Assembly (NCBI GenBank): GCA_021779255.1
Contig: JAJYBC010000002.1
Coordinates: 1 to 46,234, forward strand
Reading direction: 5' to 3'
DNA length: 46,234 bases
Source of the DNA: a bacterium
GTDB taxonomy: Bacteria > Patescibacteriota > Minisyncoccia > CAIUEV01
Below, in pieces: positions 36,519 through 43,373 of the stretch (positions are counted from its first letter, which is position 1; every line of letters starts with the position of its first letter). Below the pieces are notes generated by a model, which was given only the letters and a program-made list of their open reading frames with translations, was not told where the DNA came from and searched no databases. The position numbers and the translations under genes are program-made.

Positions 36519-37058
36519 ATGACCCAATTATTATTTCAAAATAAATATCGAATACCGTCCATTCGATTGAAAAAACACGATTATTCATTGTCGCGGTATT
36601 ATTTTATTACAATTTGTACTCACAATAAAAAATATATTTTGGGAAAAATTATGAATAATAAAATGAAATTATCATGGGTGGGAAAAATTATTAATACCGT
36701 TTGGAAAAATTTACCCAAATATTACTCCAATTGTGTTTTAGATGAGTTTGTAATTATGCCCAACCATATTCATGGTATTATTTATATTAAAAATACCTCT
36801 GGAAATAAAAAACATACATTGTCGGACATTGTCCGATCGTTTAAATCGTTTTCAACGCGGGAAATTAATCGCGTGCAAAAAACACCAAAAAATTTATTAT
36901 GGCAAACACGTTTTTATGAAAATATAGTCCGTGATGGAAATGCATTGGAATCAATCCGTCAATATATTCGGAACAATCCGTTAAAATGGTATCGCGATCG
37001 AAATAATTTTTATTTTGTTGAGAAAAAGAGACGGGTCTCAGACCCGTCTCTACAATAA
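36519..37058 (+). CDS. IS200/IS605-superfamily Y1 (HUH) transposase, REP-associated tyrosine transposase (RAYT)-like
   Basis: YFITICTHNKK..., HUH motif MPNHIHGII, SFKSFSTREIN, and the C-terminal LWQTRFYENIVRD...YIRNNPLKW carrying the candidate catalytic Tyr region. The last codons read through the right palindrome. The ATG at 36519 is preferred over the TTG at 36501. Confidence 0.8.
   Translation: MTQLLFQNKYRIPSIRLKKHDYSLSRYYFITICTHNKKYILGKIMNNKMKLSWVGKIINTVWKNLPKYYSNCVLDEFVIMPNHIHGIIYIKNTSGNKKHTLSDIVRSFKSFSTREINRVQKTPKNLLWQTRFYENIVRDGNALESIRQYIRNNPLKWYRDRNNFYFVEKKRRVSDPSLQ
37027..37051. repeat. 25-bp palindrome AGAGACGGGTCTCAGACCCGTCTCT (right copy)
   Basis: Identical to 36413..36437. It overlaps the 3-prime end of the transposase CDS. 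Confidence 0.95.
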
Positions 37059-37065
37059 TACAAAT

Positions 37066-37203
37066 ACAAAATTCATCCATACAACAATACAAAATTCATC
37101 CATACAATAATACAAAATTCATCCATACAATAATACAAAATTCATCCATACAATAATACAAAATTCATCCATACAATAATACAAAATTCATCCATACAAT
37201 AAT
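37066..37203. repeat. tandem array, 6 copies of the 23-bp unit ACAAAATTCATCCATACAATAAT (inverted relative to the left array)
   Basis: Units start at 37066, 37089, 37112, 37135, 37158 and 37181. They match the reverse complement of the left unit except for 2-3 fixed differences (CCATAC versus CCGCAC). Confidence 0.95.
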
Positions 37204-37251
37204 ACAAAAATACCTCCGTGTTCATGGGTTTTTAGACTGAGATGTCGAATC

Positions 37252-37764
37252 TTATTTGACTTCTTCGCAACGATCCTTAGTATCGCAGGAACAACCAGGG
37301 ACAGTGCCGGTAGTACTGCCGTCATTGCAAGTAAAGATGCCAGTGCTGAAACCGGTAGCCGAAAAAGTATATCCCGAGTTAATAGTAGCTGCTGGAATAT
37401 TACCTGACCAAGCGGCGTCAGCCAACATAGTGACAGTTGTTGAGCCTATTGTAACACTGTAGGTTATGCCTTGAGGAGCAGATTTGATATTGGCGTAAAT
37501 TTTATCAGTTCCGGTGCCAGAAGCACAAGTCAAAGAACCCCCAGTTGTAGCGGCTGTATCAAATTTAATAGTGCGACAGCCTTCACTGGCGGCCATTTCA
37601 TAACCTTTGGATAGTTCCATCATATCCGCTTTAGCTTTGGTGGCCAAGGCTTTTTTACGTCCGCCAGCCACGCTAACAACTACAATTGTGGTTAAAATTC
37701 CAATAATAGCCACTACCACCAACATTTCCACTAGCGTAAAGGCTTTTTGTTTTAGTTCTTGCAT
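37252..37764 (-). CDS. type IV pilin-like protein (Ala at the predicted -1 position)
   Basis: MQELKQKA/FTLVEMLVVVAIIGILTTIVV with Glu at +5. The C-terminal part is Cys-rich (7 Cys). Confidence 0.85.
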   Translation of the reverse strand: MQELKQKAFTLVEMLVVVAIIGILTTIVVVSVAGGRKKALATKAKADMMELSKGYEMAASEGCRTIKFDTAATTGGSLTCASGTGTDKIYANIKSAPQGITYSVTIGSTTVTMLADAAWSGNIPAATINSGYTFSATGFSTGIFTCNDGSTTGTVPGCSCDTKDRCEEVK

Positions 37765-37839
37765 TTTTTGTTTACACTTTTAAAGATAAATTTTTTTAGT
37801 TCGAATATCCTTTAAAATTTTAATAAACCCCTTACTTTT

Positions 37840-38388
37840 TTAGTCGGCGCATCCCCCGCTAACTGAACAAAAACAGCCGGAATTTTTACAGGAATAGAGA
37901 GCTGAAGCAGAAAAACCAGAACCTTTACTACAATAAGTCGGATTGGAGCTGAGAGTTATGGTTGTGCTCGGAGTTCCGTTAGCTGTCCAATTAGCTCCCC
38001 CTGTGGCCGAGTAATATTTTTCACCAGCAACAGGAGTTCCAGTGCAACCGGTAGCCGAATTACTGTCCACATTAATATAATAAGTAAAACCACTGGGTGG
38101 AGTCGATAAAGTAGCGTATTCTTTTGTGGTTCCATCAGGTAAAGTTCCAGATAACTTTAAGTTGGTAGAACCATTCGTGACAGTCAGTGTGTTACAACCC
38201 TCAGCACTAGCTATAGCCATAACATTATTTAATTGAGTTAGATCAGCTTTGGCGCGGGTAGCGTTGGCTTTTTGGCGGGCGCCAGCAATAACAAACGTAA
38301 TAATTCCAGCCAGCACACCGATGATGGCGATAACCACCAACATTTCGATGAGAGTAAAAGCTCTCTTTTTGTTTTGCATTTTTTTCAT
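37840..38388 (-). CDS. type IV pilin-like protein (Ala at the predicted -1 position)
   Basis: MKKMQNKKRA/FTLIEMLVVIAIIGVLAGI with Glu at +5. The C-terminus contains CSKG...CKNSGCFCSVSGGCAD. Confidence 0.85.
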   Translation of the reverse strand: MKKMQNKKRAFTLIEMLVVIAIIGVLAGIITFVIAGARQKANATRAKADLTQLNNVMAIASAEGCNTLTVTNGSTNLKLSGTLPDGTTKEYATLSTPPSGFTYYINVDSNSATGCTGTPVAGEKYYSATGGANWTANGTPSTTITLSSNPTYCSKGSGFSASALYSCKNSGCFCSVSGGCAD

Positions 38389-38482
38389 TTTTTAGGTTAA
38401 TTTTTAACTAAACGAAAAAACAAATAATTTTAACTTCTATATATTTTATATATTCCAAGAAAAAATAAAAGTTGTCAAGGAA

Positions 38483-39409
38483 TTAGAAATTTTTCTCCTT
38501 GTACTCTTTTTCTGTCGGTATTTGAAAATCAATTAATTCTTGAATTGCAGGGGGTTTTTGACTGGGCTGATTGTCGAAAGAAAGCTCCTGATAGCTAATT
38601 TTAACGGTTCCAATTTCCGGAACTAACCAAACTGTCCAATCAGCTTCGACTAGGTGTTTTTCTTGACCAACCTGCTGTTTTTTAGTTAGAGTGATTTTTA
38701 TTTTTTGGGCGGAAAAATTACCGGCAGGAACGTTGATTTCTTCTATGCCCAGTACTTCCCAATAAGTTTGCCAATCTTCTTTTATTTCTCGAGGTTTATC
38801 ACTAGGATTTTCGGCAGTTGTGGATAAGTTGTTGAAAACTTTGCGATTGAGACAAAAATTCTCGACCCAATTGTTGCCTGCTGAAAAGTCTGAATCAAGC
38901 GGTAAAAAAAGATCTTGAGTCTTAGGATCACAAGGCTCAGTAATAATTTGCCCTTGGTTTTGAATCTCCCAGAAATTTAAATCGGATAATAAAATTTTAT
39001 TATCTTGGCAAGCAACGTTTGATCTAACAGTCCAGTTATCCGGACCAGCTAATCGTCCATCTAAAAATGTTAAATTTTCTTCTGGCGCCGGAATGTCGAG
39101 AGTAAGTATTTTCTTCTGATCGCCTTCGGTTAATTGATAGCGCCAGTGAGAACCAGAAATAAAAGGAAAATAGCGACTTTGACAGAAAAGAGGTGCGGTA
39201 ATGACATTTTTTTCTATCTCTTTTTGCAATTTCTGTTTTTCAATCGGGGTTAAAGTGTCGATTGGCGGTTGGCCGTGAATAATTTTATCAATAGTGGAGA
39301 AGCCTTCGTTCCAGTAGCTGAATAAGCCGACTTGAGCGACATCAGTGTACTTTATGAGTAAGGCTAGCAATAGGCTAACGATTAATATGAGGATAAAGTT
39401 GAAACGCAT
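38483..39409 (-). CDS. hypothetical secreted or membrane-anchored protein, first gene of the pilin pair operon
   Basis: N-terminal hydrophobic anchor MRFNFILILIVSLLLALLI on a 308-aa protein with no recognisable motif. It is on the same strand as, and immediately upstream of, the two pilin genes. Confidence 0.65.
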   Translation of the reverse strand: MRFNFILILIVSLLLALLIKYTDVAQVGLFSYWNEGFSTIDKIIHGQPPIDTLTPIEKQKLQKEIEKNVITAPLFCQSRYFPFISGSHWRYQLTEGDQKKILTLDIPAPEENLTFLDGRLAGPDNWTVRSNVACQDNKILLSDLNFWEIQNQGQIITEPCDPKTQDLFLPLDSDFSAGNNWVENFCLNRKVFNNLSTTAENPSDKPREIKEDWQTYWEVLGIEEINVPAGNFSAQKIKITLTKKQQVGQEKHLVEADWTVWLVPEIGTVKISYQELSFDNQPSQKPPAIQELIDFQIPTEKEYKEKNF

Positions 39410-39459
39410 GAGAAATAAATTTTAAACTTTATTATATCAACCCCTTTGGCCTAAGAAGG

Positions 39460-39492
39460 CCACTTCCCCCCCAGCAGGGTGACTTCTCCACT
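39460..39492. repeat. family-2 core, solo copy C (no long stem)
   Basis: CCACTTCCCCCCCAGCAGGGTGACTTCTCCACT. Its reverse complement shares GTGGAGAAGTCACCCTGC (18 nt) exactly with copy A. The right flank AAAATTGAAAA resembles the flank of copy B. Confidence 0.75.
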
Positions 39493-39625
39493 AAAAATTG
39501 AAAATTCTTTTTACTAACACTCTATAGAAAAAATATAATTTATAATAATTGTAAGAAATTAAATTTCTCTTTTATAATAAACGGAAATAACTTTTGACAT
39601 CATTATTTAATAATTTAACTGAAAA

Positions 39626-42600
39626 ATGAAAATAAAAAACAAAAAAAGACGAATCATAGGAGCTTCGATGGCTTTTTGGCTTTTGGGAGGTCAATCGTTT
39701 CTGGCTCTATTGACCATCTCGACCTTATTTTTTAGTGGGAGCTCTTTGGCTCAAGCTTTTTCTTTTGACCGAGCAACTTTTAAAGATTTTCGCTATAGTA
39801 CGGGGACTTTAAATTATTTGGAGAGGATTGATTTGAACAGTTTGGTTAATCAACCACTTAAAATACCGTTTACCAGTCAAAATCCGGAACAAATTCCGGG
39901 AGGCGATCAAGACTGGCTGATTGTTCATCCTCCGGTATTACTCAACCAAAATGCAACCATACCCCTAAGAGTTGATTATTTGTCTTCCGGTCCGGATATT
40001 AGTCGAGAAGATGCACAATTTGTGCAAGAAGTGGGAAATCAAATCAATACTATTGCTAATAATAATCCGGTATTGATTGAAATTGTCAAAAATTTGTTGG
40101 AAAGAAATTTACAAGTTTCCGTTAAAGATGAGTCAAGTTTACTATCTCTTCTTTTCCAGAAAGTTAAAGCGGCCGATACCACAGACAATTCACTTCTTTT
40201 AACGAGCAGTGAACAAAATTCCTTGGGCTTAACTAATTTAGACACAACCAATCCACAAGTCAGGCAGCTCCTAATGGTTATGTTTCTGTTGCTATTAAAT
40301 AATCGATCATTGGCCACGTCGGTTAATCTTGATGAAACGGATTGCGTGAACAGCGGAGGACAATGGGTTAACGGAGCTTGTCAAAACGAACAGACGACTC
40401 TTTGTCAAAATAATGGAGGAATTTGGAAAAAATTTACCAATCAATGTTTGGCTGATCGCCAATTTTGCACTAATTCCGGTTTAAGTTGTACCGGTGTAAC
40501 CAGCACTGATCCTTTTTACGGTTGCGCTTGCAAAACTGGTTCTTGTATCGACGAACAAGATGGTTCTTGTATTCCTCGCAGTGAGAGTAAGAGAGGTAAA
40601 TGTGAAGGATCAAAAGGAACTTGGCAAGAGAGACCTTCTTCCAAGGAAGTTTGTTTGCAACAATGTGATACGACCGAAGCTGATTGTGCCTCGGCTTCGA
40701 CTAGCGACTATACTCAAAGTTATGATTCTAATTTTTATAATAATGGAAATGATAATAGTTCGGCTAGTTTAACTTCGGCCGGTTGCAAATGCCCAGTTAA
40801 CAAATGTCTTTCCTCAGCGGGAGAATGTATCGCCAAGGATGTCTCTAAGTTAGACGACGATAAAGACGGAGTGAATAATACCAACGATCGTTGTCCTAAT
40901 ACGCCTGCTGGCGAAACGGCTAATAATGTCGAAGGAAACGTCAATCGAGGTTGCTCCTGTTCGCAGTTGCAATCGATGGGTAAAATTGCTCAACCCCAAT
41001 GTCCGCCCGACGGTTGCGAGAGCAACTATTTAGTGAAATATGATCGATCGGCTCTGAACAATATGGTTCTTTGCCAAAGTGGAGTTATTCAACAACAAAA
41101 TACTAATTCCAACAGCGCTTGCCCAGTTATTTCTCGTTATCCCGAGGCTCAATGCAATCAGAATAACAATCAAAATCAAAATCAAAATAGCAACTTGGAG
41201 GATTTGTTGAAAAAAATGATGCAAGATAAAAACAAAAAAAAGGATCAAGGCAAGCAAAACCAAGGCGGTGGCAACGGTGGTAATCAAGGTAATCCGTCTC
41301 AACAACAACAGCAGCAACAACCCCAAGGAAATACCAATAATAACAATGATCTCAGCACGCTAGTTAAAAAGCAAGAAACCGGCAACGATCCTTCAGGAGT
41401 GGGAGCAGTTAACGCCGAAATAGACCGAGGAAGCGCCAAAAAACCATTTATTCTGCACGTCAGTCAATTTACCAAGATTTGTAATAGCAATACCTATGTT
41501 TTGACCAATGCCAAAGCAGCGGTTGGCAAATTTCGTAATAAACCGGTCGATAATAAACAAGCAGCTAGTAGTGGCCCAAATAAATTTAAAGGTTGCGGCC
41601 CGCAAGGTTGTCCGGTTGACAAAAATGCCAGAGATCAGGCCAATAAAGTTATCGACAGTGTTAAGGACTGGTCGAAGTATTCCAAAGAAACGGTCGACAA
41701 GATTAACGAATTAGTTAAAACTGATAAACCGGATAATAATACAGCTCAAACGATCAATAATCTTCTTACCAACGGTGCCGCTTCCACCAGCACCGGTCCG
41801 CAATTAGGTGAAGCGGGAAGTATGTTGAATGTGGGCAATGGCGATGTTTATTTCAAAGTGCCGGAGTGTAAAGAACTGGCTTCTTGCCATTGCTGCGCTT
41901 GTGGTTGTTGCGAAAAAGGCAAACCGGACGGTCAATGTGGTTGGGCTTTAGGCAAAGATTGCAAGGAGGGCAAATGTACTGGTGCCGCTTGTTTACAAAA
42001 AACGGTGGATAAATGTCAGGAGAAACAGGAAACAACCATTCAGTTGGATTTTGGCACAGGGGATGTATTTAAATGCTCCAACGAAGGCAGTCAAGCCAAG
42101 ACTATTCAAGATAAATGTAAAACTTTTCAAGAAGATAAAGGTAAAAATTCTTTCCATAACGGTATTTGTAACTATGATTGTGGAGCGGCCAGTGTCGATC
42201 AAAATACCGGTTGTGGCGATAAAAAATACAGTGATTGTGAAATTATTATTCCCAGCGCTCAAAATAATCCGGTCAGATTTAACGTTAAAGGTTCTGAAGT
42301 TGTTGATAAAAATGACGGCGGTACAGCTAAGTTTACTAACCACGAAAAAGGTAGCTTATTGCAAGCCCAGCCTAATTCTTGGGCGGACGGTGGTTGGGTA
42401 AAAGAGCTGGAAGACAAAGAAGGCACTTGCTGCAAATGTATGGCGGAAAAAGACGTCAAACAGCCGGGAAATGCCAAACCGACTGATGATATTAAAAATG
42501 ATCCTTTATGGGACACTTGGGATGAAGGTGTTACACCACCTGTCAAAATTACACCCAATACGGTTCCGCCAATCGGTCAGGTGCCAAACGCCGGAACAAC

Positions 42601-42898
42601 TAGTACAGACAAAATTTCTGATGATCAGAGAAATGAAATTCTAAAAAGAGGCTGGAGCGATCCGGAACGCCAAGATTTAATTAATTACGAAAATTTAAGG
42701 AATAAAGAAAAAATAACGACTCCTCCTACTTTTGAGGATATGCGGAATGCCAAACAGTACAATAATTTTCTAGATAATAGTGGCCATGGTTGGATTTATA
42801 AATATGTTACCGGACCAACTTTTACCGAATGGAAAACTGATTCTTGGCTTAAAGAATATCAAAGATGGAATCCAAACTACACGAGAACCTTGGAGTAA
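39626..42898 (+). CDS. giant secreted cysteine-rich protein with a thrombospondin-type-3-like Ca-binding repeat and a Q/N-rich linker
   Basis: Signal peptide ending SLAQA/FSF on a 1090-aa protein with about 50 Cys by my count. It carries DDDKDGVNNTNDRCPNTP (DxDxDGxxDxxDxC, TSP3-like) and the linker NQNNNQNQNQN...QQQQQQQP. It is a paralog of the next large gene. Confidence 0.85.
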   Translation: MKIKNKKRRIIGASMAFWLLGGQSFLALLTISTLFFSGSSLAQAFSFDRATFKDFRYSTGTLNYLERIDLNSLVNQPLKIPFTSQNPEQIPGGDQDWLIVHPPVLLNQNATIPLRVDYLSSGPDISREDAQFVQEVGNQINTIANNNPVLIEIVKNLLERNLQVSVKDESSLLSLLFQKVKAADTTDNSLLLTSSEQNSLGLTNLDTTNPQVRQLLMVMFLLLLNNRSLATSVNLDETDCVNSGGQWVNGACQNEQTTLCQNNGGIWKKFTNQCLADRQFCTNSGLSCTGVTSTDPFYGCACKTGSCIDEQDGSCIPRSESKRGKCEGSKGTWQERPSSKEVCLQQCDTTEADCASASTSDYTQSYDSNFYNNGNDNSSASLTSAGCKCPVNKCLSSAGECIAKDVSKLDDDKDGVNNTNDRCPNTPAGETANNVEGNVNRGCSCSQLQSMGKIAQPQCPPDGCESNYLVKYDRSALNNMVLCQSGVIQQQNTNSNSACPVISRYPEAQCNQNNNQNQNQNSNLEDLLKKMMQDKNKKKDQGKQNQGGGNGGNQGNPSQQQQQQQPQGNTNNNNDLSTLVKKQETGNDPSGVGAVNAEIDRGSAKKPFILHVSQFTKICNSNTYVLTNAKAAVGKFRNKPVDNKQAASSGPNKFKGCGPQGCPVDKNARDQANKVIDSVKDWSKYSKETVDKINELVKTDKPDNNTAQTINNLLTNGAASTSTGPQLGEAGSMLNVGNGDVYFKVPECKELASCHCCACGCCEKGKPDGQCGWALGKDCKEGKCTGAACLQKTVDKCQEKQETTIQLDFGTGDVFKCSNEGSQAKTIQDKCKTFQEDKGKNSFHNGICNYDCGAASVDQNTGCGDKKYSDCEIIIPSAQNNPVRFNVKGSEVVDKNDGGTAKFTNHEKGSLLQAQPNSWADGGWVKELEDKEGTCCKCMAEKDVKQPGNAKPTDDIKNDPLWDTWDEGVTPPVKITPNTVPPIGQVPNAGTTSTDKISDDQRNEILKRGWSDPERQDLINYENLRNKEKITTPPTFEDMRNAKQYNNFLDNSGHGWIYKYVTGPTFTEWKTDSWLKEYQRWNPNYTRTLE

Positions 42899-42947
42899 TA
42901 ATTGCGATAAATTCGGATATACTCGAGAATCAGCTTGAATAGTCAAG

Positions 42948-43154
42948 ATGGAATTGTTTTTTATTTCTTTAGAAAAAAATCCTTTTGAACTTAAACTCAA
43001 AACACATAAAGTGCAATCAAAAGTAGTCTATAAAGCTTGGAGCAGTAGAATATCTGGGGATTTAAGAGTAATTTGGGACTTTAATCAGGACAAAATAGGT
43101 GTTATAAATTTGCTAGATATTGGTGGCCATTCTGGAAAAAATAAAGTTTATTGA
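42948..43154 (+). pseudogene. RelE/YoeB-superfamily toxin-like ORF, N-terminally truncated, no antitoxin partner
   Basis: NPFELKLKTHKV...KAWSSRISGDLRVIWDFNQDKIGVINLLDIGGHS...VY aligns by eye with the C-terminal two thirds of RelE/YoeB toxins. An in-frame TGA 12 nt upstream leaves no room for the first strand and helix. Confidence 0.45.
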
Positions 43155-43198
43155 AAATAAAAATATGTTATTATAAAAAATAAAGTTTTGTTTTTAGT

Positions 43199-43340
43199 TT
43201 CGAACTTTTTCAACTTTTTGAATTTCTTTTTCTCAGTATCTAAATTTTTTTATGGGGTTTGCTACGCAAAACATAAAAAAATTTAGATACTGAGAAAAAG
43301 TAGTTGCCAAAAATGGCAAAAAAAGTTGAAAAAGTTCGAA
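43199..43340. repeat. 142-nt nested perfect hairpin just upstream of the second giant gene (copy E, different apex)
   Basis: The outer 21-bp perfect stem pairs 43199-43219 with 43320-43340. The inner 29-bp perfect stem pairs 43226-43254 with 43272-43300. The apex is GGGTTTGCTACGCAAAA, and there is a side mini-hairpin TTGCCAAAAATGGCAA. It ends 33 nt before the ATG at 43374. Confidence 0.85.
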
Positions 43341-43373
43341 GAAATAAGATTTTTTCATTTAATCTTTCTTTAC

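Larger units (their letters stand above)
36288..37203 (+). mobile_element. RAYT/IS200-like Y1 transposase unit bounded by identical palindromes and inverted 23-bp tandem arrays
   Basis: The architecture is five 23-bp repeats, a 25-bp palindrome, the transposase gene, the same palindrome, then six inverted 23-bp repeats. The inner 34 nt on each side (TGTATTATTGTAGAGACGGGTCTCAGACCCGTCTC and its complement) form a perfect inverted repeat. Confidence 0.7.

Noticed and set aside
36288-37203. Possible CRISPR arrays, because of the regularly spaced 23-bp repeats on both sides of the transposase gene.
   Set aside because: The units are directly abutting tandem repeats with no unique spacers between them, and no cas genes are present. 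This is a satellite or iteron-like array, not a CRISPR.
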